Source of the DNA: the human T2T-CHM13v2.0 reference genome, Homo sapiens
Assembly (NCBI RefSeq): GCF_009914755.1
Contig: NC_060929.1
Reading direction: 5' to 3' (one strand)
Length of the DNA: 64,000 nt
The notes under the pieces are model-generated. The model saw nothing but the letters and a program-made list of their open reading frames with translations. It was not told the origin of the DNA and did not search any database. How positions within the stretch are numbered: the first letter of the stretch is position 1; each line of letters begins with the position of its first letter. The position numbers and the translations under genes were made by a program. Positions 26,441 through 43,335 of the stretch are shown here, piece by piece.

Positions 26441-26858
26441 TTTATTAGTTCATTCTCACACTGCTATAAAAAACTACCTGAGACTGAGTAATTTATAAAG
26501 AAAAGAGGTTTAATTGGCTCACAGTTCTGCAGGCTCTACAGGAAGCATAATGGCATCTGCATCTGGGGAGGCCTCAGGGAACATACAGTCACAGTGAAAG
26601 ACAAAGGGGAAATGGCACTTCACATGGCTGGAGCAGGAGGAAGAGAGAGAGAGAGGAGAGGTGCTACCTACTTTTGAACAACCAGATCTCATGATAACTC
26701 ACTCCCTATCATGAGAACAGCACTGAGAGAATTGTGCTAACCCATTCATGATAAACCACCCTCATAATCTAATCACCTTCTACCAGGCCCCACCTCCAAC
26801 ACGAGGGATTACAATTGAATATGAGATTTGAGTGGGGACACAGATCCAATCTGTATTA
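26441..26858 (-). mobile_element. MSTA-like solo LTR
   Basis: Antisense 'tattagttcattctcacactgctataaa ... ggggacacagatccaatctgtatta', with TSD ggatg/agatg. Confidence 0.92.
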
Positions 26859-27849
26859 AGATGAAAGGACAGAAATTAAGGTAGAGATAACAGAAGCTAT
26901 ATGAAAGGGGAGGAGGTGTTATAATGATGGCCAGGTTAATAAATTTTGTCTGCCACATTTCCATTACTCATATGGAAAATTACTTTGAATTAAAATTATT
27001 TGTATACATGCATTTTCTTCCCAACTGAATGTTGAGATCTTTGAGGGCAGAGACCACGTCTCATTCATCTCTTTTGCCCTCGGAGCTTAGCCCAGTACCT
27101 GATACATAGCAACCACTCAATATGCATATAATGAATTAATGAGCACATTAATTAGTTAATTAATTACAGGCCTCCAGTAGCCATGGCTATGCTGCCCAAT
27201 AGTTATGCAAGAAAGCAAATTAATGATTTCCTAGCTCTTGATCCCCAGAAGTTTTTTTTTTTTTCTGCCGTGTCTGTATAGATATCACTAATAAGGACTT
27301 CAAATAAATGAGGGCTATCTGAAAGATAGGCTGACTACTAGGATCCCAAAACCCATTTTCATCTTTCACTGAAAGAAGGGCAGCTATGAACCACACAGCA
27401 TACACTTTTTAACAATGAGATTTAATTTCCTTGCCTCTGGCAGTAGCTTTTAGAAGCAATGGAGTGGATGGCTGGGAGAGTATTCACAGGGGGTGGAGGC
27501 CTGGGGTCATCAAAGCTGGGAGATTAGTGATAGCAGGGCCCTTGTCAGAAGATGTACCACAGAACCTAACTCTCCCATCCCCTAGGGTCTGAAAGCTCCA
27601 TGAGGAGTGATCATAACTATTTCATCGCTGTGGTTCTGTCTACTTTGCAAAGTTCATGAGCTATTCTAATCCTCTGAACAACTGTAAGACTCTCTTTCCT
27701 ACCCCATGTCTCCACACCTCATCCACTTAATTCCACAGTTTAAAGCCACATAGAGTGAAAGAGTACACACTAAAACAATGGTGATAAAATTAAGAGAAAA
27801 ACAAATATTTGGACCACAGAACGTGATATCAGTGTTCAGACGTTTAAAA

Positions 27850-28010
27850 CAATAGTCATGATAATACGAGCTCACATTTATTAAGCTCCTACTAGATATC
27901 AGTCATTTTCTACGCATTTCATCCTCCAAACTGCCCTATGAAAAAATCACTATTATCATTTTCATTTTACAGATGAGAAAACTAAGGTATAGAGAGGTTA
28001 AGAGGCTTGA
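27850..28010 (-). mobile_element. MIR
   Basis: 'cattttacagatgagaaaactaagg'. Confidence 0.7.
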
Positions 28011-28094
28011 CGAAGATAAAAGCACAATGGGCTACTGTGTGACCCCAGGAGTTTGCTGGTCCTGTGCATTGAATCACCATATTAATTGTTTCCA

Positions 28095-28250
28095 TGATCA
28101 AATCAAATTAGGAAATCATTATCTAAACAACAGTTCTTTAGTACAGGACTTTGCAGCTTTTAATATGCTGGTTTGCATTGGGATTCTGTGAGAGTTGTTT
28201 TCTAAACTCATTCGATCATGAATCATTTGTGTTACTTTGGGAAATATACC
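28095..28250. mobile_element. MER103C-like hAT element
   Basis: 'caggactttgcagcttttaatatgct' and 'tttctaaactcattcgatcatgaa'. Confidence 0.5.
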
Positions 28251-28599
28251 ATAGGTTTACCCTTTATCTTGAATTCAAAGTCTCTGGAAAGCTATTTGAT
28301 GCTTCTAAAGAAGGAACTGGGAACCTCACAGCACATTGTGAAAAGTAAGAAAAATTACCTTCCATTTACACTGGACCAGGCTCTGTAGTAAGTTCTTATT
28401 CCCATATGTAAAATGAAGAAACTGAGGCTCAAAGAGGCTTGCCCAATTTGCCCAAGTGCTGGAGTCAGAATTAAAATTCAGCCAGGCTGACCTCAGAAGC
28501 AACACTTTAAAGTGCTAGACTATAATGCCACTCAGACTGGTGAGCAACCAAGAATCTCTGAGCAGCAGCACATGACCATGGAACAGCACAAGCTAGCAG

Positions 28600-28790
28600 G
28601 GCAGTGCCTGGCTGTGACCTTGGGCTGGATCAACTTAACCTCACCAAACCCCAGTTTTTACATCCTTAAAATGGAGGTAATAGAACCCACATTCCAGAGG
28701 TTGATATGAAGATTGAAGTAGATAAGGCATATAAAGGACTTTTATTAGAGTAACTGGCCCATAGTAAATGCTTAATAAACAGAAGCTACT
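28600..28790 (+). mobile_element. MIR
   Basis: 'gctgtgaccttgggc...cttaacctc...cagtttttacatccttaaaatggagg'. Confidence 0.7.
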
Positions 28791-28822
28791 AATTTCCTTA
28801 ACTACAAAGCACATAGTATTTT

Positions 28823-28855
28823 CATTTGATCTTCGCCAAAAGGCTGAGAAGCGAT
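28823..28855 (-). pseudogene. U2 snRNA 5' fragment retrocopy (about nt 1-33)
   Basis: The reverse complement ATCGCTTCTCAGCCTTTTGGCGAAGATCAAATG matches U2 ATCGCTTCTCGGCCTTTTGGCTAAGATCAAGTG at 30/33, starting exactly at U2 +1. Confidence 0.88.
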
Positions 28856-30022
28856 ACACTTAACATTTTCTAGAAACATTTTATCTTTCATGTTCCAGAT
28901 CATGTTGTTTTCCTTGAAATTTCTTTCAGTGGACAGATGACCACAGGCAGAACAGGTAAGGCAACGTGGGGTCATGAACACTTGATTCATCTATCTGGTT
29001 AGGATAATTGCCACAGGGAGACATACCTGAACTCATCAGCTAAGTACCTCCCTTTTATTTAGTAACTGAACCCTTCCTCATCTGATCTCATTTGTTGTCT
29101 TCTAATCACCTTTTCAAAATTCCATTTAGATTTTCCTTCATAGAAGAGGCAGCTCTCTTCATGCATACTTCATTCTACCCTTGATTATTGTCTACTTCAT
29201 TTGCATATAACTTATCTAATTATATTGTTACCTAGTAGGTCCCTGTAACCTAGTTTCCTGGGATGGTGCCTACCCAGCTGAGAACCACACAGACTTTCTC
29301 CAAATGGTTGAACACCAATATATTCTTGTTCACTTCACATTTTGGACACAGGACTATAAATACTCTGCAGTCTCTTTGGCCCTAACTGGCCTCTGTCTTC
29401 ACATACTTAAGCAAGCACATCCTATTCTCCTTAATCCACTAATTTGATATATTGTCATTCAATAACACAGCATACAGAATGTTTCCAAGCATACATGACC
29501 ATAGAAGTATACATTTGCAAGCACACTAGCTCTATACATACTGTATACACTTATATTTAAACTTATACATTTTCTTCTCTGATTCAATAGATTTCTATTC
29601 TGATCAATACTATTCATCAAATAGTCAGGAAAGAGAAAAAACACATTTACTACCATCCAAGTGCAAGCCATCATCAATGCCACCACTAGTCCATATGGTG
29701 GTTTCTTACAAATTAGAAAAATACACTCCCTCTGAGTAGCTATGGCCTTGTGACAAAATTTACAATAGGGAACATCTGAGTTGGACTGTAGCTCTCATTT
29801 TCCCACTTTTCTGGACACTCTCAGCAGCACAAATCCCAAATAACTATACATGGTAGCCCTGAACATCTTTTTCTTGATTACTATAATAACCTCTCATCTG
29901 ATCTTCCTTCTTTTTTGTTCTTGACAAACTATATTTTATTCTCAACATTTTGATCTTTTCAAAATATAAATCAGATCATATGACTCTCCAGCTCGAAATC
30001 CTCATACTTGGAATAAAATGCA

Positions 30023-30552
30023 AGAACTACCACATGACCCAGCAATACCACTCCTAGATGTTTATCCAAAAGAATTGAAATCAGGATCTCGAAGAGATAT
30101 TTGCATTCCCATGTTCATTGTTGCATTATTCACAATAGCCAAGATGTGGAAAAGCATAAATTCCCATCAACAGAAGAATGGATAAAGAAAATGTGGTGTA
30201 TACATCCAATGGAATATTATTCAGCCTTAAAAAGAAAATCCTGCAATATGTGACAATATGGATGAAACTTGAGAACACTATGTATGTGAAATAAGCCAGT
30301 CACAGAAGGACAAATACTGTATGATTCCACTTACATGAAATATCTAAAAAGTCAAACTCATAGAAATGGAAAATAGAATGGTGGTTTCCAGGGGCTGGGA
30401 GGAGAGAAAATGTGGAGTTACCAAGAGGATTCTAGAGGTCTGATGTACAACATTGTGCCTATAGATAACAATGCTATGTTGCATTTTTAAAATTTAAGAG
30501 AGTAGATCTCATGCTAAATGTTCTTGCTACAATTAGAAAAATTAAATTTAAA
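30023..30552 (+). mobile_element. L1MB-like 3' end
   Basis: 'gaactaccacatgacccagcaataccactcctag ... gagagtagatctcatgctaaatgttctt'. Confidence 0.85.
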
Positions 30553-30704
30553 AGAAAATTATTGACCCACAAGAGCCTGTATGATTTGGCCCCTCTCTTC
30601 ATTGCTTCAAATCCTGCCCCTTTTGCTCACTCTGCTTCCATCAGAATGGCTTTCTTTCTGTTTCTGGGACATTCCAAGTTTATTCCCAGTTCAGAGATTT
30701 TGTT

Positions 30705-31178
30705 CCTTCTCTTAGTCCACTAGGATACATAACAAACCACTCCCCGAATGAGTAGCTTGCTACAATAAGCCTTTTGTGCATATTTGTGCATGGGTCTGCT
30801 GGTCAGTTCTAGATTTGCAAGGACCAGCTCTGCTTCAGGCCATAGGTCAGCTCAGCTTGGCTTCAAACTATGAGTTCAGTTCATATCTGCCTTGTGTGTG
30901 CCCAATTCTGCTTAACCAGTGCTACCCAGGCCATGTTCCTTTCATTGTGCGTAATAGGAGTACAAGAGACCAAGCTGAACTGTGAAAGCACTGAATTTAA
31001 AACCTTGAAGAACTTCCCATTGGCCAAAACAAGCCATTCAATCAAGCCCAACATTAATGGGGCAGGAAATGACACTCTGCCCACAATGGGAGGATACTGC
31101 AAAGTTATCTGGCAAATGGGGTAGATATATAATCCTATTAAGGACAATGAAGGATTAAGACCAATAATTCCATCTACC
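30705..31178 (-). mobile_element. MLT1 (G/H/I-like) LTR
   Basis: 'cataacaaaccactcccc', 'cccattggccaaaacaagcc' and 'atactgcaaagtt'. Confidence 0.6.
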
Positions 31179-32666
31179 AGGCCCCTGCTGCTACCAGCAA
31201 CTAGAATTTTCTGTTCCCACATTTATTCGTGGCTGGCTCTATCTTTGGTTTCAATGCCACCTCCTCAGAGAGGCCCTCTATGACCACCTGTGCTCAGGTC
31301 ACCCTCAATGGCTCTCTAATTCATTATCCATTTTTGTTTTGTTTATTGTATGCATAAATTTCAATTAACTCATTTGTTTGTTGGCTCACTTGTTCATTGT
31401 CTCCCTCCTCTGGAAATATACACAAGGATTTTCTCTGTCTTATTCACTATTTAAACTGCAACTAGAGCATCACTTAGCACACAGTAAGGGCTCAATAAAT
31501 CCTTATAAGATAAATACATTCTAGAAACCTGCATTCTTATGTACACTTGCATTTTTGCTTTTCATTCCAATGTTAGTCCCTCAGCATATTTTCAGTTATT
31601 CTTTGTCAAATATAAATAAATGTCTGAATGCGGGGTGGGAGGGTCAGGGAGGAAGACTATGTACTATGTCATATAGTCAAAAATAAAGGATTTGGAATCA
31701 AGTTCTAGCAGTGTATGACCTAAGCCTTAGTATTATTATCTATAAAATGGGGGGGAAAAACTGCAGATTTGGCCATAGGGATTAAACTAGGTGATGCCTG
31801 TATAACACTTCCCTGAAGTTGGAGAGAGTAGCATGTAGTAAGATGGGAAAGGTAGACACAACTCAGTTAGTGGAGCCAATGTAGAGTCTCTTAATGGATG
31901 ATTCAGAAGGGACATGTGTTTTCCAGTTTTTCAAACAGATTTTCCCTGTGTTTTTTCTAGTATAAGTGGATCCACAGATTGCCAGTCCCCATTGTCACCC
32001 AGGTCATTCTGCTGGGGCTGTGGATGGCTGCATTCCCCCATGGCCCTCTAGTGTTTGCAAGTGCTGAGGGACTTTTGGTGGCCTTTTTCACTGGCTTTTG
32101 TTTCCACAAGAATTGCTTCAAGCCGACAAGACTGTCTCCACATTAACCCTAAATGATATGGCCACACCTTTCTATCAGACCCTAATAAAATTCTGTTTTG
32201 GAGACATGGAGCCAGATGGAGTCCTTTTATTGCTCATCATTTCTGAGCATTCTCCTTCCTTGAAAAACTGTATTAATCAATTAATTTTCCCATGAGGTAG
32301 GTAAGAAACTAACTTGAAGAATTAGCATTTTGTTAGAAGGGTAAATTAAGGGAAAGAGTAACAACTCACCCTAATGTTAGTTCTCCTAGTTGAGCTAATA
32401 TGTAGTTAATTCTCTTATTTTAGCATTAACTTTGCATTAGTATTGTCCTCCCATGTTCATAAAGATTACCAAAATTTAGTAGTTTAATAATGCTTTTGTG
32501 GCAATAGTATAAGAAAACAGTCACTCTTGTTTAGCGATAGTGCGAATCTATAATCTTTCCCAAGAGAAATTTGGCATTTCTATCTATTCCATATTTAAAA
32601 TGCACATTCACATTGGCTGAAAAAATCAATTTCAAGGATTTAGGCTGGAGTTACTTTTGCATAGAC

Positions 32667-32714
<48 letters not shown>
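32667..32714 (+). repeat. (AGAT)12 tetranucleotide microsatellite
   Basis: 12 perfect units. Confidence 0.97.
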
Positions 32715-35700
32715 TAAAAAATGTAAAGATTATCTATTAATCAATCTTTTTTCTCCACATTGTTGAAGTTGAAATAAACAGACATATAGTTGTATATGCT
32801 TAGAAAAGTTTTAGAAGGCTGCACAAAAAACTACTCAGAATGTTTAATGGAGGTAAAAAAGCCAAAGTGACAGAGAGTGAGTAAACACCAAGTAGAAAGA
32901 AAAAGCTTTTATTTCCCCCATTTAATGGGATGGTGACTGAATTCATTGAAGTTAGTATATTTTATTTTTATTTTTAAATATTTAATTAATAAAATTAAAA
33001 AGAAAGAAAACATTGTGTCTTTCCCTACAGGATTTTGGGATCTAGATATCATAGGGCACCTATCTTCTCCTCTTGCTCATGGTCCTGACTCACTTGCTCC
33101 TAAATCAGAGACAGGATACACATTCTTACTAAAATAAGAGAATTGTTTACATCTCAAGAGTTCTCCCTCAAATGATGCAAGGCAAAGGAGAAAACAAACA
33201 TGCAGGAAGTCGCTGGCTTGAGGGGTGGGAACAGAATGGTGGACCAAAAATAACCGGCCTGGCATAACCAGCAAGCAACATCATCCTGTGGCAGGGAATC
33301 AGGGATGCCCTTTGGATCTTTTCTGAACTGAGGCTTGACTCTCCATGTTGAAAGTAGTAGAGCAGAATTGAAATACTGGTCTAATGAGTCCAAATTCATA
33401 ATCATAGTCTGTAAAAAACTGAAATGAGGGTCACCTTGTCAAAGTCAAACACTGGAATTCAGTGGTTTTAACTGAGAGGGTTCCTGCAAGAGGTAAGAGA
33501 TAGAGTAGGTATTTGCATCCTGGGCTGAAAAAATGAAGTGCATGTCACAGGAAAATTGGCTGTGAACATCCGTGATATGGGTTAACAATTACAACAGCAA
33601 TGACAACTGCTATGTGTTGAATATGTACTGTGAGTCAGCCATTATGCTAAGCATGCTACATACACTTTCTCGTCGAAAGCTGCAACAGATTTATCAGGTT
33701 TATTTTACAGATTAAATACTTAGTCCTACAGTTTATAAGTGGTAGAGCCAGGAATAAAACTACATTGGCCTGATTTTCCAAACCCATGCTCTCAACTACT
33801 CTATGACAAGATGCTTTTATTTAGAATTGCCCTGGAATTCTAAGTGGCATTTTAGAGAGGCAAGGTCACCCAGGCTGCCCTGCACAACAGCAGAAAATTT
33901 CACATGTCTGAGCACCCATTATCCAGGCTGCCTGGGCCAAGACTCAGGGCAAGGGCCACCCTGCCTTTCCTTTTGCCATCTCTGAAAGAGGAGTTCTGCC
34001 AGAACCATAAGTAATAATGATTCACAAAGTGCACAGTCATTACTGTGTTGATAATTTCCCAAGCTACTTTGGTTTTCCCAAGCTCTTAGGATAGAAACAA
34101 ACTTTTGCTTTTCTTCATCCTCCTTCATTTTGTTCTTTAAAACAATGTAACACTGTAAAGCAGATGCTGTTTTCTTCCTTTTAATATTGAGGAAATGGTT
34201 GCTCTGACACATCAAGCATCTTGCCCAAAGTTAGTTAACAAATTACCTAACCTCTCAGAATCTGTTTTTTCACTGATAAGTTGGAGATAATATCTAACCC
34301 TTAGAGTGGCTGAGATCATATTTCCAAAGTTCAGAGCAGAAAGTAGGCATTTGATAAACTGCACCTGCTCTCGTTGTTAAGTAATTATATTACTTAATGT
34401 GATACCATTGTGTGAAGCTGCATACAACATGCATGACCTTGAGCAAGTTACATAACTTATCGGAACACCTTTTTGTCCCAGGGGAGTATTATCATTCAAC
34501 TTGCTTGGCTATTTTGAGGACTGAATGAAATAAATGCTCTACATAAAATAGCTACGCTAGTGACTGGTTCACACTCAAACCTCAATAAATAATCATCTCC
34601 ATAAAAAAGAATGCTGTTGACACGTGTTCACCTATAGAACTCCATGAACTTGACCTATCATGTTTGAAAGCAACATCTTTGCTTTCTTTGCTCTTCCCTC
34701 ACCACACTTTTTCCCAGACTCTTTAGAAATATATAGAATATTAAACAAGACTTTTTTCTCTCCGTTGACATTGTTTTTTAATGGGACTAGACAGCCTTAC
34801 AACAGGCTCCAGCTTTTTTTCTCATCCTTCAAGTCATGGAGGGCTCTTCCTAGCGGCCTGCAGTAAGAGGCCTCAGAGGGGGAGGCATTCTTGCCTGGAT
34901 CTTATTCAGAAACACTGATGATGCAATTCTTGGCTCTGGCCACATGCTTGATTGATTTCCAGTACAGCATTTGATGTGAAGGGGAGGAAGAAAGAATCCC
35001 TCTCACCCATGGCTAGAAATAATTTCAGAAGGCTGGAGGCAAAGCAGAGGTGATGCTAGCTATCTCCTGGAACTGTTGATAAACCAGCAGTCTCCTGCAA
35101 GCCAATTTTATGCATTTGCTTTTCTATCTTTTTGCTCCCCACTACCTATGTCCTCTTACTGGGCATGCTGGGAAAAGCCTCACAAATTTAACTAAGGAAA
35201 CTCTGGGTGTCCTGTCATCTAATCTTCAGCCTGAGGTTGTAGCTGCCTTTTGCAATGTCTTCTCTCCAAATCAGCATACCTGATTAGAAGACCTGTTCCC
35301 TCATGCTCAGCCTTTAGGTGCCCAGTTTTGGAATTCAGCATCTCTACATGAAATATGCCAGATCCGTCAAGAGGCCAGATGGTTCACAGATGCCTGGAAG
35401 CAGGGCAAAGTAAGCTGACTGAGGTATGTGGTGTAAGATGCAGCAAACAATATCACCAGGAGGCTGGAAACTCAAAGGTGATGTCAGTCATGTCGCCTCT
35501 TGATTCAGAAGGGTAATGATGTCAATCTCTAACTGCTGTCCTGAAATCCAGTTCAGTGAAAGCTATCACTAACCACAGTGCCTGTCTTCATAGGAACACA
35601 GGAAGCTATTTTTTCATCTGCTGTTTGTGATGTGATGATCTTCAAGAAATGCACATGCATAGCTTTAATTGAGACCTACAAAGGCCAAAGGGTTCAAATG

Positions 35701-35939
35701 TTTTAATTAAAAAATAGTACCGTTATATACTTATTACGTGTCTAGCATTATCTCTTCTAAATCTCACACTATTATATCAGCCCAGTCATTACAAAGTTAT
35801 CCTCACTACACAAATGGAAAAATCAAGGAATGGAGAGCACTCTTAAATACCTTCTTCGTGACTGAAAAGCTAATGTATTCACCAGGAAAGCATCTGAAGG
35901 GAACAGAATACCCAACAGACAGTGAATTCCACAAGTGGG

Positions 35940-36300
35940 GATTGTGCTGTTCTTACGTGACAGTATGATGAGAGATAGGCAGCTATGGCCATTCATTTCG
36001 TGGTTCAAAAATGTCCAGCCAGCATCTCTGTGGATTTCAGTGGCCTTTCCTTCATGGTTACAGAATGACTGTTTCAACTCTGGGCATGAAGTCTGCATTC
36101 AAAATGGCTGAAACATATCAAGGGACAATGCCAGCATCTCTGTACATTCTATTAGGAAAACAATATCTTCCAGGAACTTTCTGAAGACCACCTGGTAACA
36201 ACTCAATGGTCAGAAATAAATCACATGAACATCCTCTATCTGCAAGAGAAACTGGAAAATAAAGTATTTTGCCTCTCTAGCCTCCATAGTGGAAGCTGAC
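35940..36300 (-). mobile_element. MLT1J-like LTR fragment
   Basis: 'ccttcatggttacagaatgactg' and 'aatggtcagaaataaatcacatgaacatcctctatctgcaagagaaactggaaaat'. Confidence 0.55.
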
Positions 36301-37439
36301 GAGAGAGATATTATGCTAGCTTGGACTGGGGCTAGCATACTTACTTACTGGGGCAGTGGCAGTAAAATTAGTGAGAAGTAGATGGCCTCAAGAGATATTT
36401 TGTGGTAAAAAATCATAAGGCAAATCTTGTAGACTGATTGCATGTGGAAAATGAGCAAGAAGAGGGAATCAGCAATGAATCCTAGGTCTCTAACTTGGTA
36501 CATTCACTGAGATCAGGAGTCATCAAGAAGGAATAAATTTTGTAGATGAAAGCTCATGAGAAGAAGGTGGTGGCTGGCAAGATGGCCGAATAGGAACAGC
36601 TCCAGGCTGCAGCTCCCAGCGAGATCAACACAGAAGGCAGGTGATTTCTACACTTCTAACTGAGGTACCCAGTTAATCTAATTGGGACTGGTTAGACAGT
36701 GGGTGCAGCCCCCAGAGTGAGAGCCAAAGCAGGGTGGGGAGTCGCCTCACTTGGGAAGTGCGCGGTTTTCCCCTCACAGTGTAAACAAATCCACCTGGAA
36801 CTTAAACTGGAAAGAGCCCTCCACAGGTTGGCAAAGCTGCTGTAGCCAGACTCCTCTCTAGATTCTTCCTCTCTGGGCAGGGCATCTCTGAAAGAAAGGC
36901 AGCAGCCCCAGTAAGGGGCTTATAGATCAAACTCCCATCTCCCAGGGACAAAGCACCTGGGGGAGGAGGTGCAGCTTCAGCAGACTTAAATGTTCTTGCC
37001 TGCCAGCTCTGAAGAGAGCAGCGGATGTCCCAGCACAGTGCTCTAACTCTGCTAAGGGACAGACTGCCTCCTCAAGTGGGTCCCTGACCCCATGCCTCCT
37101 GTCTGAGAGACACTTCCCAGCAGGGGTCAACCGACACCTCATACAGAAGAGCACTGGTTGGCATCTGGTGGGTGCCCCTCTGGGACGAAGCTTCCAAAGG
37201 AAGGAACAGGAAGCAAACTTTGCTGTTCTGCAGCCTCTGCTGGTGATACCCAGGCAAACAGGGTGTGGAGTGGACCTTCAGCAAACTCCAGCAGACCTGC
37301 AGCAGAGAGGACTGACTGTTAGAAGGAAAACTAACAAACAGAAAGGAATAGCATCAACATCAACAAAAAGGACGTCCACACAAAAACCCCATCCGAAGGT
37401 CACCAGCATCAAAGACCAAAGATAGATAAATCCACAAAA

Positions 37440-38471
37440 ATGAGGAAAAAACAGCTCAGAAAGGCCAAAAGTTCCAAAAACCAGAATGCCTCTTCTCCTC
37501 CAAAGGATCACGACTCCTCGCCAGCAAGGGAACAAAACTGGACGGAGAACGAATTTGACGAGTTGATAGAAGTAGGCTTCAGAAGGTGAATAATAACAAA
37601 CTCCACTGAGCTAAAGGAGCATGTTCTAACCCAATGGAAGGAAGCTAAGAACCTTGAAAAAAGGTTAGACGAATTGCTACCTAGAATAACCAGTTTAGAA
37701 AAAAACACAAATGACCTGAAGGAGCTGAAAAACATAGCACAAGAACTTCGTGAAGCATACACAAGTATCAATAGCCGAACAGATCAAGCAGAAGAAAAGA
37801 CATCAGAGATTGAAGACAACTTAATGAAATAAAGTGTGAAGACAAGCTTAGAGAAAAAAGAATGAAAATGAACGAACAAAGCCTCCAAGAAATATGGGAC
37901 TATGTGAAAAGACCGAATCTACGTTTGATTGGTGTACTGAAAGTGATGGGGAGAATGAAACCCAGTGGGAAAACACTCTTCAGGATAACATCCAGCAGAA
38001 CTTCCCCAATTCCCCAACCTAGCAAGACAGGCCAACATTCAAATTCAGGAAATACAGAGAACACCACGAAGATACTCTTCAAGAAGAGCAACTCCAAGAC
38101 ACATAATTGTCAGATTTACCATGCTTAGAATTAAGGAAAAAATGTTAAGGACAGTCCCAGAGGAATGTCGGGTTACTCACAAAGGGAAGCTCATCAGATT
38201 AACGGTGGATCTCTCTGCCAAAACCCTACAAGCCAGGAGAGAGTGGGAGCCAACATACAACATTCTTGGAGAAAAGAATTTTCAACCCAGAATTTCATAT
38301 CCAGCCAAATTAAGCTTCATAAGCGAGGGAAAAATAAAATCCCTTACAGACAGGCAAATGCTAAGAGATTTTGTCACCACCAGACCTGTCTTACAAGAGC
38401 TCCTGAAGGAAGCACTAAATATGGAAAGGAAAAACCAGTACCAGCCACTGCAAAAACATACCAAATTGTAA
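37440..38471 (+). pseudogene. L1 ORF1p, disrupted
   Basis: ATG at 37440. Fragments 'EQSLQEIWDYVKRPNLRLIGV' and 'NFQPRISYPAKLSF...LQELLKEAL' sit in different frames. Confidence 0.9.
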
Positions 38472-38534
38472 AGACCATCGACACTATGAAGAAACTGCAT
38501 GAACTAACGGGCAAAATTACCAGCTAGCATCATA

Positions 38535-42366
<3,832 letters not shown>

Positions 42367-42483
42367 ACTATGAGAACACATGGACACAGGGTTGGGAACA
42401 TCACACACTGGGGCCTGTCAGTGGGTGGTGGGCTAGGGGACCGATAGCATTAGGAGAAATACCTAATGTAGATGGTGGGTTAA

Positions 42484-42921
<438 letters not shown>

Positions 42922-43118
42922 ATGAGTGCACGTTTGTACCTATTCAGAATAAAGTGTCTTTCAGACATCTAAATACAGATGTTGCCAGTTAAATACAAAG
43001 ATTGGAAGTAAGAGAAGTTGTCTAGGCTAACAATATAGAGGATTAACATTTATGGTTATCAGTCATTTGCATCAATCAATCCTTTAGTGATATCTCTGCT
43101 GTGTGGAATTTCCTATAC

Positions 43119-43335
43119 CAGTTGTTCTCAAGCAGGTGCAATTTTTTCCACGAGGAGATACCTGGCAATAGCTAAAGACATTTTTGGTGTCTCAACTCAG
43201 GGAAGGGGTTCCTATTGGCATCTAGCAGACAGAGGCCAGGTATGCTGCTAAACATTTTAAAGTACACAGAACAATCCCTTACAATGAAGGTTTATCCAGT
43301 CCAAATTGTCAATAGTTCTGAGGTTGAGAAACTTG
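43119..43335. mobile_element. MER20 hAT-Charlie element
   Basis: TIRs cagttgttctcaa / ttgagaaacttg, and 'ggcatctagcagacagaggccaggtatgctgctaaacat'. Confidence 0.88.

Larger units (their letters stand above)
29830..31520 (+). mobile_element. L2 interrupted by L1MB and MLT1
   Basis: Collinear L2 pieces at about 29830-30022, 30555-30705 and 31180-31520, ending in 'cacagtaagggctcaataaat'. Confidence 0.65.

Noticed and set aside
32042-32054. CTCF-like motif GGCCCTCTAGTGT
   Set aside because: It has two mismatches at informative core positions and cannot be supported without data.
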